A stretch of 64,000 nt of DNA, from IMG/VR virus record IMGVR_UViG_3300042547_000432. The stretch is one strand, 5' to 3'. The notes beneath the pieces are model-generated. The model was not told the origin of the DNA. It worked only from the letters and a program-made list of their open reading frames with translations, and searched no databases. This DNA comes from a virus. The position numbers and the translations under genes are program-made. Of the stretch, positions 1 to 10,743 are shown piece by piece; position 1 is the first letter of the stretch; every line of letters starts with the position of its first letter.

Positions 1-184
1 TGTAAATGAAATTGTCCGACTTAAGAAGTTTGGAACATTTATCCTTAAGTTCAACTAATTCATTGATCGTAGCACATTTAAACGTGATAATCGTTCCATC
101 TTCACCTCGGATGACTACCTTCTTATTATAGAGGTCTACTGCGATCTTGTCGAGAGCTTGTTCAGAAGGATTTAAGAAACTCAT
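1..184 (-). CDS. Hypothetical protein, truncated by window start (MSFLNPSEQALDKIAVDLYNKKVVIRGEDG...)
   Basis: Manual translation from ATG at 184, open to position 1, downstream of a consensus promoter. Confidence 0.7.
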   Translation of the reverse strand, partial: MSFLNPSEQALDKIAVDLYNKKVVIRGEDGTIITFKCATINELVELKDKCSKLLKSDNFIY

Positions 185-214
185 AAGACTCAGACCTCAA
201 AGCGTCACATTGCT

Positions 215-243
215 AGTTTACCCGTATTTAGGGATTCTGTCAA
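215..243 (-). promoter_or_regulatory. Sigma70-type early promoter with embedded TAAATA late promoter
   Basis: Minus strand TTGACA-17 nt (gaatccctaaatacggg)-TAAACT. Confidence 0.8.
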
Positions 244-331
244 GGGGGTGAGCTCGACTTTTTTGACCAAAAATTTGCCGAGATTTTTTTTACGACCTTT
301 TGGTAATTAAAGGTCAATTTTGAAATCGCTA

Positions 332-1864
332 TTAATTTAAGAAAATTGCTGGAGCAACTAAATTAATCTTGGCGGCTGTAATACCTATAGTTAGTGCGGT
401 AGGTGGCGTTCCTGGTGTATATGGTCCCGCTGTCATGTAAACTGCTCCTTTGCCAAACATGGCAAGATCAGAAGCATCAGACCCGACATACATTCCTGGT
501 TTATTCATTTTAATTAGAGATGGTGCCAACGTTTTGTCTAGGATGGGTGTTACAATATCAGCTACAACACTCTTGGCATTTCCAGAAGCAAAGTTGCCCA
601 CCTTTGTACTAAACACTATGTCGCCTTTGGTGATGTTGAATGTGACTCCACCATCAGCAGACAATCCATTTTCCACTAGCAACAATGGTTTAGTAATTTC
701 TGGCGTTGAGGTTGTTGCTGGCGTAATATCTTTAAACTTATTGTTAATTGTATACGCCGCCTTCGCTGTTATCATTGGAGGAGTTGCTGATGCTGTTGCT
801 ATAACAGCTGCTAAAGCAGGGTTTGTATTTAAAACTGTAGTTGCTTTCTTGCCGCCAATTGTTTCAAGCATGTCACGAGCGACATTAATATCCAAGTCAC
901 CAGCAGAATTGATGTTCAACGATGAAGCAGCGTTGTCCATTTGAATGGTATATTCTCCATCCACTTTCATAAACTTAGCTGACTCTTGTGTAACCTTTGT
1001 TGATGCTGTATTATTATAAGAACCACATCGCATGTCAATCAATCCACCATATTCCTCTCCTGGCTTTGCTGAACCTGTTTTTTCTCCTGGTCCACCACCA
1101 GCGAGTAATTTGATGTCAGAACCTTTTAACTCTAATGATTTTGCTGCTGCTAAAGTCAGGTTGCCAGCAGATTTAACCGCAACATTTCCACTTCTAACTT
1201 CTATTGCTAAGTCTCCGTTTACAACCAACGAAAATGCTGTTCCCTTTACAGACGGATTCTCTGCTGCTAAGGCATCATTGTCATTGTTTACTTCAATAGC
1301 AAGATATTCGTTGATTTTAATTTGAGATGGTCCATCACTATGAATGGACATGTTGCCCGTGTTTGGGTCGTTTGATGGATTTTTAACTGATGATAAAAGC
1401 AAAGAACCATTTGGTTCTACACGTACTCCAGCTCCTTGTGCTGTTCTCACTTGCCAGAACGCACCACCAGTTAACTCATTATATCCTTCTTGCTTAATTA
1501 AATTACCACCTTGCGATGTTGTTGTTTCTAGTTTTGTTATGTCTGCTACTTTACTTGCTTGAACATCTGATTCTGGATTTAGTGAACCAGAACTTCCAAA
1601 TCCCTGTAGTTCTGGTGGAATCCATGCTCCAATATCTTGAAGCACTCCCATCACTTCAGAACCAAACTGGTCTATCTCATCTTGTATGTCTCCAAGAAAA
1701 CTATTGACACCAGAAGTAGCATCTGCTAAACTTGGAAGGTTTAAATTAGCATCTGGGGTGAAGTTTCTTAATCCAGTACCGCACTTCCCGCTTACAGTAG
1801 GTCTGGGAAGACTACGTGCTCCTGTTCTTAAATCGTTCTGTAATTCTAACCAGTTCTTTGGCAT
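332..1864 (-). CDS. gp5 C-terminal-like baseplate spike/needle protein (second half of split gp5)
   Basis: 510 aa directly after gp5; beta-rich repeats; C-terminal KINLVAPAIFLN typical of gp5/VgrG spike ends. Confidence 0.65.
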   Translation of the reverse strand: MPKNWLELQNDLRTGARSLPRPTVSGKCGTGLRNFTPDANLNLPSLADATSGVNSFLGDIQDEIDQFGSEVMGVLQDIGAWIPPELQGFGSSGSLNPESDVQASKVADITKLETTTSQGGNLIKQEGYNELTGGAFWQVRTAQGAGVRVEPNGSLLLSSVKNPSNDPNTGNMSIHSDGPSQIKINEYLAIEVNNDNDALAAENPSVKGTAFSLVVNGDLAIEVRSGNVAVKSAGNLTLAAAKSLELKGSDIKLLAGGGPGEKTGSAKPGEEYGGLIDMRCGSYNNTASTKVTQESAKFMKVDGEYTIQMDNAASSLNINSAGDLDINVARDMLETIGGKKATTVLNTNPALAAVIATASATPPMITAKAAYTINNKFKDITPATTSTPEITKPLLLVENGLSADGGVTFNITKGDIVFSTKVGNFASGNAKSVVADIVTPILDKTLAPSLIKMNKPGMYVGSDASDLAMFGKGAVYMTAGPYTPGTPPTALTIGITAAKINLVAPAIFLN

Positions 1865-1876
1865 TTACTTCACCTC

Positions 1877-4519
1877 TTACACAGTACAATCATCACAATT
1901 GCCATCGGGACAATCAACAACTTCAGCTGTTCCGAATGGAGCAATACCTTGAGTATATCTATCAAACAATTCTTGCTCTAAGCAAGAGAAAGATGGAATT
2001 GCTAGTGCTCCATTGCCACCACCACCAATGATTTCTATCGTAGGAAACTCATCGAAGGTTTTAATTTTATTTATTATCTTGATGTTACTCACATATCCAT
2101 TTGTAATTTCTGCTTGTGCTACAGTTTTCTCACCATTTACATAGATGATTGGAGATGAAGTGTATCCATATCCTGGTCTGATGACAATGAATCCATCTAT
2201 GAAACAGTTTGTACCTGATGGTTTATTAGGAACATAACCTGATCCAGGGCGTTCAACTTTAACCTTAACGATCTTCCCGTTTTCATCCACAACCGCAGAT
2301 GCTGATGCTCCATTTCCCTCACCATAGATTCGTATGAATGGTGGTTTAATATAATTATCTCCAGGATCAACGATAGGAATATCAAGTATCCTTCCCCTAT
2401 CATCTACAATAGGTGGACCAAAAGTAGGTGGAATAAATTCTCTATCTTCTGGAGTTGTGGGTGTGACTGGAGAATCATTATAGATTGTAAAGTCTACTGT
2501 CACGCCTGGTCCCAAAACACTAAACGTAACTACTTCTTCTGTGGAGACACTAATGTTTTCAGAAATTGTAACTGTAGTAACAGCAACGTTTCCGACCATT
2601 CTCATTTTTCCTACCGTTGTACCACCAACAAAATCACGACTCTCAACATTGCCGAAGAGTAAGAAATCATACTCAGTTCCATCAGGAACTGAACCAGAAG
2701 AAACAGCAAGGGTAAAAGCAATGTTTTCTCTTCTTGTTACTCTTGTTTTGTTAGCGATTAGAGTAAACAATAGTGGATCTGGTGTGCCAGTAGATACGGG
2801 AGAGAATACGTTAGTTGATGAACCAGACATTATAATATCTTCTTCTCTTTTCAAATCAATAGAAACTCTAGCATCTACATTTGTTTCTACTGTTGATACA
2901 CCACTAATTACAATCGTGTCAAATTCATCTTCCTCTACATTCACTGGGGGGAATACTGCCACAGGCACTGGATCTGTTGGAGTGGGCGTTGTTGGTTCTA
3001 CATACTCTGGCACCTCTGGGAATGGCGATGGCGGTTCTGGTTCTGGTGGTATGACAGGTCCAGATGGTGTGCCAGGAATACCTCCACCAGGAACTGCTGT
3101 AGTAGGTTCTGGGCAAGGCAAAGAATACGCTTCCTCACAAGTTGTCTGTAACTCAGAGACACCCTCAGAAGCAATCTTATCTATCAAAGCATCTAGTTTA
3201 GCGAAGTCATCTGCTCCAGGTTTTTTCTTTGCTCTCTTATTACATGCGGATTTCAGTTGCTCTTCTGTTAAACATTTTTCTCCTGCTCCAGAGCAACTGA
3301 TACCAAGGAGTTGAAAGATGAATTGTAGAGCTGCTCCAAGAATATTCAATGGACTTGCTATGATTCCAAGCAACGCCTGTAAAGGACCGAGAATAGATGA
3401 TACAATACTCTCTAGAAAACTTGAGATTTGACTTAAAATTTGTGAGATGATTCCTTCAATAACACATGTTGCTGCGTTAACTGCCTCAAGCAACAGATTC
3501 GTCAATAGATTAGTCAAGAAATCAAATAACTTTTCCTCAAGGTCAGCAATCTGACAGTTTAGTTTTCCTAATTGTTCATTCAACCACTTGGTTAATTTAC
3601 CGAGAACTCCCAACCTTCTCTTCTTAATAACTGTACCAGTCTTAGGGTCTTTGAGCGATTCTGGTGATGGAATACCAAGCAAAAATTTTACAACTACTTT
3701 GACACCTTGCTTTAAAAGAGAATGTAACTTTGCTTTAGCTGCTTCAACATATGTTCTTGCGATGCCATTTATTCTACTGATATATCCCTGTGCTGTTCCA
3801 GCATAGTCAACTACAGTCCCTGTTGTACTACTCAACATTTGTGTGCCAATCTGCCCACCATTTTTCGAGACGCTGCCCAAAAATTCTGTGAGCGTTTGCT
3901 CCATCTTTGTCTTAACTGTGTTTGTTTTCTTACACAGTGGGTCAGCAACACCAACACAGAAGTAAGAACCTGCTGGATTGCCTACAGTTTTTTCTCCATT
4001 TGTTCCAGCAGCAAGAGTTGATGGTGGTAGTTGTGTTGTGGCGGTTCCTGTTGTTTGATTCGCTGCTGCGTCTTGTGCTCCAGCTGGCAACGTTACGGAT
4101 GGGTTTGTTGGTGGAACATAACGTTGATATGATAAACAAGCATCAGCAGGGACTGAAGTTTCAATTGATTTATTTTTCGAAGAATTATATACCTTTGCCA
4201 TCTGCCCCATGATGACGGGGTGTTGTCCAGTAGCACCATCAAGAAAGAATCCCATTACCCAATCACCTTTCTGTAATCTTACAGGAGAATGATTGCTCTT
4301 TCCTTCACTTGATGTGTGTGTCACTGGCATTAGCACAGTAGCCCAAGGCAAATCCTCATAGGGAACAGATGTACAACTCTTTAGATGTTGCCCTACGATT
4401 CTTACTTTATATCTAAAAGATGCCTTTGGGTCTTTGTCTGTTTCAACTTGCCCAATCCACCAATAGAATCCGTCTTTACCTGCGAATCCAATTGGTGTAT
4501 TTAATTCAGGTAACAGCAT
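1877..4519 (-). CDS. gp5: Baseplate hub subunit gp5 (N-terminal OB-fold), no lysozyme domain recognised
   Basis: GFYWWIGQVE...RYKVRIVGQH...LPWATV...GDWVMGFFLDG...QHPVIMG gp5 OB-fold signature. Confidence 0.85.
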   Translation of the reverse strand: MLLPELNTPIGFAGKDGFYWWIGQVETDKDPKASFRYKVRIVGQHLKSCTSVPYEDLPWATVLMPVTHTSSEGKSNHSPVRLQKGDWVMGFFLDGATGQHPVIMGQMAKVYNSSKNKSIETSVPADACLSYQRYVPPTNPSVTLPAGAQDAAANQTTGTATTQLPPSTLAAGTNGEKTVGNPAGSYFCVGVADPLCKKTNTVKTKMEQTLTEFLGSVSKNGGQIGTQMLSSTTGTVVDYAGTAQGYISRINGIARTYVEAAKAKLHSLLKQGVKVVVKFLLGIPSPESLKDPKTGTVIKKRRLGVLGKLTKWLNEQLGKLNCQIADLEEKLFDFLTNLLTNLLLEAVNAATCVIEGIISQILSQISSFLESIVSSILGPLQALLGIIASPLNILGAALQFIFQLLGISCSGAGEKCLTEEQLKSACNKRAKKKPGADDFAKLDALIDKIASEGVSELQTTCEEAYSLPCPEPTTAVPGGGIPGTPSGPVIPPEPEPPSPFPEVPEYVEPTTPTPTDPVPVAVFPPVNVEEDEFDTIVISGVSTVETNVDARVSIDLKREEDIIMSGSSTNVFSPVSTGTPDPLLFTLIANKTRVTRRENIAFTLAVSSGSVPDGTEYDFLLFGNVESRDFVGGTTVGKMRMVGNVAVTTVTISENISVSTEEVVTFSVLGPGVTVDFTIYNDSPVTPTTPEDREFIPPTFGPPIVDDRGRILDIPIVDPGDNYIKPPFIRIYGEGNGASASAVVDENGKIVKVKVERPGSGYVPNKPSGTNCFIDGFIVIRPGYGYTSSPIIYVNGEKTVAQAEITNGYVSNIKIINKIKTFDEFPTIEIIGGGGNGALAIPSFSCLEQELFDRYTQGIAPFGTAEVVDCPDGNCDDCTV

Positions 4520-4521
4520 GA

Positions 4522-4734
4522 TTAGTTATCATAAATTCTACACTCTAAAGCATTTGGATTCTCATCGCAAAATAATTCAAATGGAGTTGGGTCGTGCTGA
4601 GTTTCTGGGTGTCTCTCCAGAAATTTTTCTAGTGCTTCTAATTCTTCTTCAGCATGTCTTCTTGCTTGCGATGACACTAAAGCATCATCAATTATTTTTT
4701 TGTCGTGTTCAATATGTTTGTGAATGTTTTCCAT
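4522..4734 (-). CDS. cp12: CP12 Calvin-cycle inhibitor (auxiliary metabolic gene)
   Basis: C-terminal PTPFELFCDENPNALECRIYD motif with the C-terminal Cys pair. Confidence 0.9.
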   Translation of the reverse strand: MENIHKHIEHDKKIIDDALVSSQARRHAEEELEALEKFLERHPETQHDPTPFELFCDENPNALECRIYDN

Positions 4735-4735
4735 C

Positions 4736-6139
4736 TTAACTACCTAAGTTGTCTCGTATTAATTCCACATTTGAAACGGCAACAAGTCCTACGTTATTAT
4801 CTCTTAGAACTTCATAAGATATTTTACTAATTAAATAAACTCCACTATTAGCTTTATCAAAAAGTTCTTTCTCTCTTTCTGATGCGAGAGATTGATTTGG
4901 TAACTTAACTTTTAACTTATCGCCTGCTCTTAATTCTAAATTCAATGGTATAGTAATATTTAGTACCTGATTTTTCATTATCATACTTCTGCTAATAGAT
5001 TGTGCCATCCATTGTTTTTTGAAGTCTGGATATGGTGTTGCTTGCCCGCCAGAAGATTGTGTTGGGTCAGCGATACCAAAACCAGAATAGAATGTTTCAT
5101 GATCATAGAACTGAAGCATTACTCTCGATGGGTACTGTGAAAAGTTTTTAATCTGATCAGGAATCTTTTCATCAGTGCCGAGATGTTTCATCTGTTGATA
5201 TTCTTTTTCCAAGGAAAATTTATACTCTTCGTATTCTAATGATGATGGATTGAAGAAAGAAATTACAGAACCATACACACCATATCTCATTTTCTGTAAA
5301 ATATTTTCTTGACTGCCGAAAGAATAATTTAGTATTTTGTAAGTGTTGTTTTCGGTATTTGACTCTGGTGTTTGAGCAATTGAATACGCATACTCTTTAT
5401 GTTTTTCTGGGTCCGATACTAACTTATCAATAGATTTAAAAACGTATCCATCGTATGTTTCAAAGAACTTATAACCAGCACTTCCAGAAATTATCTTTGT
5501 TGTATCAGGAACATCGGATTTTATTGCTCCTGGATTATCTGTTTTAGTTGTTTTAGATGCCGCTGCTTTTTGTTGTGGATTAGCAGCACTTGACACACAC
5601 TCGGGGAGTAAAGACGCTATCATGTCAAAAGGTCTTTTCATAGATGGAATTTCTTTTGTCTTATATTTACAAGTTTCAAAGTTGGAAGATTTAATTTTAG
5701 ACCCCGCTTCTAGATAATTTGTTAGTATATCTTTTACAATAGTGTCTCCAGTGCCTTCTACTTTTTTACCAATACGAAGGACTTCATTCTTAAGTGCTTC
5801 CATGGTAAACAAATCTAAGATATACATCTGAGTATTTCTAGAAACAATTCTATTTCTTATGCCATAAATTACAAACTCATACTTGTATTCCGTTTTTGAA
5901 ATTGCTGGAACTTGTATTTTTATGACAACTTTTTCTGTTCCTACAATTGGTGCGGTGGCAATCAAGTTAGTCGCGGTATCAATTAATGTTAATTCTGCTG
6001 CCATGGTAGGCATATCAATTCCTTCATAGATACGAATACTTTCAATCTGAGCTGCTGGTTTCGAACCAGTAAGGATATACTTCTTACCTTTTAATCCTTC
6101 AATGTATACTTCCTTTACTACCGCATTTAAATCGTTCAT
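4736..6139 (-). CDS. Baseplate hub protein (gp27-like)
   Basis: IRIYEGIDMPTMAAELTLID...; C-terminal G.YLISKISY; position between hub and gp5 genes. Confidence 0.6.
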   Translation of the reverse strand: MNDLNAVVKEVYIEGLKGKKYILTGSKPAAQIESIRIYEGIDMPTMAAELTLIDTATNLIATAPIVGTEKVVIKIQVPAISKTEYKYEFVIYGIRNRIVSRNTQMYILDLFTMEALKNEVLRIGKKVEGTGDTIVKDILTNYLEAGSKIKSSNFETCKYKTKEIPSMKRPFDMIASLLPECVSSAANPQQKAAASKTTKTDNPGAIKSDVPDTTKIISGSAGYKFFETYDGYVFKSIDKLVSDPEKHKEYAYSIAQTPESNTENNTYKILNYSFGSQENILQKMRYGVYGSVISFFNPSSLEYEEYKFSLEKEYQQMKHLGTDEKIPDQIKNFSQYPSRVMLQFYDHETFYSGFGIADPTQSSGGQATPYPDFKKQWMAQSISRSMIMKNQVLNITIPLNLELRAGDKLKVKLPNQSLASEREKELFDKANSGVYLISKISYEVLRDNNVGLVAVSNVELIRDNLGS

Positions 6140-6142
6140 TTT

Positions 6143-8590
6143 TTAATTCCCCCAAGGATTAATGGTCAACACAGAAAAAGCTATTCCACTACCAAAAGCA
6201 TCACCAACATAAGAACTTGTTGATTGCCCTTCATCATTTGATACTGGTATAATAGGAGCTGGTCCAGCTTGCTGATATAAATTTATAATGGTAGCAGTAT
6301 CCAAACCATCAAATGGTTGTGCTGTTGGAGTAGGCACAGATTTGGCAGGAGATGATCGTGGTGCTACTGCCGTTGCTGTTGGTCGTGGAATCAAATCATC
6401 CCCAACAACAGTAGGTTGACCAGGAAATTCTTTATCGGTTCCTAATAAGTTTCTTCCTTGTTGTCTCATTTGTGACGCAGTAATCATTCTCCTGATGTCA
6501 CCCACATCATCTGATATGCCTGATTGTTTTACTGACCCACCTTTCTCATAATTTCTACCCATCATTTCTTGTATAGCTTTATTTGTATTTGCTGTTCTAT
6601 CAGCAAGTCTACCCATTGGAGCATCGGAATAGATGCCAGTCTTTCCTTGTTCAACTGACTTCATACCTGTTACCCACCCTAAGAAATCCCACCAAGGTTT
6701 CTTGACAACGCCACCTTCTTTCATTGATGGTTTGATAGTTCCTCCCCTTTCTTGATCACCTCTAACTCTAGAACTTCTTGCGTTGGAGATGTCTGTTTCT
6801 GCTATCCACTTGAAAGTATTTTTAGCACTCTCTGGCATATGAACACGCATAAAAGCTCTCACTTCATTAAAAGCTTCCGTAGCAATAGCACTGTTTTGTA
6901 TATTGCCAGCACCATCTTTCTTTCCTTGGTAAACCATTTTCGGTGCCCAATTAAATATTCCTGGTTTTTCCCAAACTTCAAAAGACCCATTGCCGCTGTT
7001 TAATAATATATGATGACTTTTATTCCACTTTGATTCTGAACGGAATGGTAAGTATCTTTGCTTTACTTCTTTATTTTCTAAATGTTTTCCTTCTTCGACT
7101 GTTAGATCTGGTATAGCCGCGCCCTTTTGACTGGTTGGATCGGAATACTTACCGTCCATTGGTTTTTGATTTCCATTTGAAGGTGGTGGAGATGCTGGAT
7201 TGCCAGATGGATTTGATTGTGGTGGAGTAACTCCTGGTGGAGGTGTAGTTACTGTAGGATTTGGTGTTGTTCCTTCTGTTTTCTCTTCTTTTTTCTTAGC
7301 CCCCAATGCTTCTAAAGATCCAGCAATTAAATTTTCTAAAAACTTATCTCTTGTTTTTTTGGCACCAGCATCTTCTCTAAATCTACCACCACCAACTTTT
7401 ATGTTTGGAAGTGTTTGTGACATACCAAATGTTCTTGCTAAATTAGAAATGTCTGGACCTAGTGCTTGTGCGACTGGAGCACCTAATGGTCCCATACCTT
7501 TGATGAACTGATCAACTACCGCAAGAGTAGAGGCACCTGATGCTTGCATTCCAGGATCAGATTCGCCCTCTGGAGTGGCAGAAGGTTTAGCATTAAACAT
7601 GCTACGAGCAGATCTCGAATTCAAATCAACGACTGCTTCTTTACCTGCTTCGCCTATCATACTATTCGTTCCACCAGTCATGCCACCAGCAAACTTCATG
7701 GTGCCAGAAGAATGTTTGATTATTGCCCCTGAAGATTTATTTTTATCATTTTCTAATTGTTGATTGACGAGTGTAGGAATTAAAAATCCACCAGTCAAAG
7801 GATTTGATGCTTGTTCTATGAGAACTTTTTCCTTTTGTTTTTCTGTTAATGCTTGACCAGATTTCTTTTCTTTTTCAGTTACTACTCTTTCCGCAGTAGA
7901 TTTAGAATCTTGACTGAGTTTAAATGCACTGAGAGTAGTAGCAATTATAGGTATAGTGAGAGGATATTGTATGGCAGTTCTTAATCCACCCATAATACCA
8001 GCACCAATACCCATATCACCAGCACGTTGTAATAAAGCACCAGTAAGTGTGCCACCACCATCTGCGCTGCCACCACCTCTTCCACCACCCGTTGCTCTCG
8101 GTGCACCCGTTGCTCTCGGTGCTTTACCAACACCACCGCCTGGTCTCAATGATTTAACACCAGAAACTATAGAAGATTGATTCTCAAGTTGATCTGATAG
8201 AATACTTGTGATTGCTTGTACACCAGTAGCCGTGAAGGATTGTGCTTGTAACTGCTGATTTAAAATGTTGGTTATGGCAGCAAGACCACCAGCAAGACCA
8301 AGAGTATCTGCTGTAAGAGATCCAAATCCTTCAGTTAAAATTTTAGCAAGACCAGTAGCACCACCAGAAGTTCTTGGTTGTTTACTCTCTACTTCCTCTG
8401 CTTTTCCTTTGTCTGGTTTAAATAAATTAGTAACTGAAGATAGAGCACCTGTCAATAAGTTAGTTGACTGTTGTGGTGTATCTTTCTTGGATTTTTTCTT
8501 CTTGCTTTTATCTTTCTTCTTCGCTGCCTTTCTACTTTGAGTAGCTTTAGATAGTATAAAACCTGTTAAAGTATTATTTTCTGCTGGCAT
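6143..8590 (-). CDS. Large virion protein, tape-measure/hub (gp29)-like or ejected protein
   Basis: 815 aa; helical N-terminus, Gly-rich linkers; TAAATA late promoter upstream at 8616-8621. Confidence 0.5.
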   Translation of the reverse strand: MPAENNTLTGFILSKATQSRKAAKKKDKSKKKKSKKDTPQQSTNLLTGALSSVTNLFKPDKGKAEEVESKQPRTSGGATGLAKILTEGFGSLTADTLGLAGGLAAITNILNQQLQAQSFTATGVQAITSILSDQLENQSSIVSGVKSLRPGGGVGKAPRATGAPRATGGGRGGGSADGGGTLTGALLQRAGDMGIGAGIMGGLRTAIQYPLTIPIIATTLSAFKLSQDSKSTAERVVTEKEKKSGQALTEKQKEKVLIEQASNPLTGGFLIPTLVNQQLENDKNKSSGAIIKHSSGTMKFAGGMTGGTNSMIGEAGKEAVVDLNSRSARSMFNAKPSATPEGESDPGMQASGASTLAVVDQFIKGMGPLGAPVAQALGPDISNLARTFGMSQTLPNIKVGGGRFREDAGAKKTRDKFLENLIAGSLEALGAKKKEEKTEGTTPNPTVTTPPPGVTPPQSNPSGNPASPPPSNGNQKPMDGKYSDPTSQKGAAIPDLTVEEGKHLENKEVKQRYLPFRSESKWNKSHHILLNSGNGSFEVWEKPGIFNWAPKMVYQGKKDGAGNIQNSAIATEAFNEVRAFMRVHMPESAKNTFKWIAETDISNARSSRVRGDQERGGTIKPSMKEGGVVKKPWWDFLGWVTGMKSVEQGKTGIYSDAPMGRLADRTANTNKAIQEMMGRNYEKGGSVKQSGISDDVGDIRRMITASQMRQQGRNLLGTDKEFPGQPTVVGDDLIPRPTATAVAPRSSPAKSVPTPTAQPFDGLDTATIINLYQQAGPAPIIPVSNDEGQSTSSYVGDAFGSGIAFSVLTINPWGN

Positions 8591-8615
8591 TTCTTTACAG
8601 GTCTCCTACTTGTTG

Positions 8616-8621
8616 TATTTA
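8616..8621 (-). promoter_or_regulatory. T4-type late promoter TAAATA
   Basis: tattta on + strand, 26 nt upstream of the 8590 start. Confidence 0.6.
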
Positions 8622-10742
8622 TCGAGCACGTCTCATTCCTAACTCTCTTTTTAACTTATGAGAATTAAAAATTAAATTGGGGATAAAAGTAATCGCACTC
8701 TGAACTTGTTGTACAAAATTTGGTTGACTGGGGGAAGACATATTGTTCACAATAATTCTGTTTGATGATTGCGATTGTGTGGAAGGTGTTCTTGTTTGAG
8801 ATGATATCATCTTAGGAACTGGTGCTGGTTTAGGTAACTTAGCATCATAAAACCATCCATGAAAATTATATCTTGGTCCTCTTGTAACATCTCCAGGTTT
8901 CATATATGGTTTTTGACTTTCTCCCATAAAGTCTGTTCTACCACCAATAAATCTTTGTGCCTCTCTTTGTAATGATGGATTTGTTATTGATTGAGCCGCC
9001 ATATCTACCTTCTGTCCATTTCCAGCAGCAGCAATAGCAGATTTCCTATCTCTTATTGCTGCCCACACGCCAGCGTTATGGAAAGTAGGTTCGAACTGAC
9101 CAGGAGCAGTAATGATAGCACCTATAGATTTACCACCAGGGTATGTTCCTATAGCAGCACGATTATACAACGCTTGGGCTATATCAGCTTGTCCTTGTGG
9201 ATGTAAACTATCTTCCTTTGAAGCTAAAGCAGCAATCTTCCAGAAATCAGCAGAACCACCAGTAGAAAATTCATTCACACGTTGAGTGTTAGATCCCATA
9301 GCAATTTGTCTCCATCTTTTTGATACTCCGAGAGGATCTTTAAAAATATCATATCGTTTATTTTTAACAGGATATACCTGAAATCCTTCACTACTTTCAA
9401 CAACAATTTCAGAACCATGTAGTGTAACTGGCATCCCAAGAATTGTGGTATCATATCCACCATCTGGTCCAGTAATTAAATATGGTGTTCCTGGTGATAT
9501 GTTTTTACCTATACTTGCTCCTTCCTGTAGTTTATATTTTTTCTTTTTCTCTTCTACGTGTGCGTCTAAATCTGATCTAGTAATTTTTCCATCTTGGTTA
9601 TAATCCAGACCGACGTTTGCTTCATAATATCTTTCTCCTTTGACTGTCAAAACATCTTCTTTAATAAATGCTGGTAAAAATACTGCGGCATATATTTGCC
9701 CACCTGTAGCACCTTGAGGTAATTTGTTATCAAAATATTTTTCTACATATTTCATTTGCTGCGCTCTAGTCATGCGAGCAAGTTCATCCGTAGATGTTCC
9801 CAATCCAGCTGCTGTAGAAGGAATGAATTGTATTAATCCAGTTGCTCCGCTTTTGGGGTTTCTAATATCTGGTTTTAATGTTCCACCAGTTTCAACTAAC
9901 ATCACCGCAAGAAGATCATTGGCATTGATATTGAATTTTTTTGCTACTCTGTTTAATTCTGCTGTAAATTCTGGATCGTCCTTCCAGTTTGCTGGAACAA
10001 ATCCTGACGGTCTATTTGGATCGGTTGGATCTATTGTTCTATCAATAAACTTTTTAATAAAATCCTCATCACCTAAAAATTGCCCCCAAGTTTTACCAAA
10101 ATCTCTTTGCTGTTGATTTAAATCAAGCATCGCGGCTTGTACAGGACCACCCACCAAAGAATTAACAACGCTATCAGTAATACCTAGAGCAACTGAAAAT
10201 GGTTTTACAATACTATTCAGATATGGTTTGAAAAATCCCCCCAAAGAACCAGATGATTTTATAAAATCACCGAGCACAGATAGAGCAGCAATACCAGATG
10301 CTTGTAATGGCAGTGATAATGTATCTGCGTATGGTTGTAATTGTTTTTCTTTTCTTTCTTGTTTTGTTTGCCCAGGAACAACACCACCGCTTGCCATTTT
10401 ATTTGGCGATGATGGTGAAGGTGTTTGTGGAGATGGAATATTTAATTCTTCTGGTGTTTTCTTGGGAAACTTAGATATTTTTTCTTCTACTTTATTGTAA
10501 AATAAATTTTCAAGCAATGCGTTCTTAGAAAACATTGCTGCAATAACGCTTACTTTATTGGCAATTTCATTTTCTATTTCAATTGCTTCGTTTCTTAGAT
10601 CAATTTGCTCATTAAGTTTTTCTAAATTTTCTTCCGATTTTTCAGTTAAAGAATCGAATTCTAATTGTAAAGATTGTTCAAAACTTAGTGCTTCCTCTCT
10701 GTTTTGTTTTGCCTTCGCAGCAATTTGCTCATTGAGGTTCAT
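8619..10742 (-). CDS. Virion protein with an SLT-like lytic transglycosylase and a SleB/Hydrolase_2-like domain
   Basis: LLAVMLVETGGTLKPDIRNPKSGATGLIQFIPSTA (SLT); ALASKEDS...ADIAQALYNR...IITAPGQFEP (SleB-like). Confidence 0.75.
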   Translation of the reverse strand: MNLNEQIAAKAKQNREEALSFEQSLQLEFDSLTEKSEENLEKLNEQIDLRNEAIEIENEIANKVSVIAAMFSKNALLENLFYNKVEEKISKFPKKTPEELNIPSPQTPSPSSPNKMASGGVVPGQTKQERKEKQLQPYADTLSLPLQASGIAALSVLGDFIKSSGSLGGFFKPYLNSIVKPFSVALGITDSVVNSLVGGPVQAAMLDLNQQQRDFGKTWGQFLGDEDFIKKFIDRTIDPTDPNRPSGFVPANWKDDPEFTAELNRVAKKFNINANDLLAVMLVETGGTLKPDIRNPKSGATGLIQFIPSTAAGLGTSTDELARMTRAQQMKYVEKYFDNKLPQGATGGQIYAAVFLPAFIKEDVLTVKGERYYEANVGLDYNQDGKITRSDLDAHVEEKKKKYKLQEGASIGKNISPGTPYLITGPDGGYDTTILGMPVTLHGSEIVVESSEGFQVYPVKNKRYDIFKDPLGVSKRWRQIAMGSNTQRVNEFSTGGSADFWKIAALASKEDSLHPQGQADIAQALYNRAAIGTYPGGKSIGAIITAPGQFEPTFHNAGVWAAIRDRKSAIAAAGNGQKVDMAAQSITNPSLQREAQRFIGGRTDFMGESQKPYMKPGDVTRGPRYNFHGWFYDAKLPKPAPVPKMISSQTRTPSTQSQSSNRIIVNNMSSPSQPNFVQQVQSAITFIPNLIFNSHKLKRELGMRRAR

Positions 10743-10743
10743 C

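Noticed and set aside
450-3314. Long + strand ORFs (450..944, 2541..3314) opposite the gp5 genes
   Set aside because: Antisense shadows of real genes with biased codon usage; no motifs or SD
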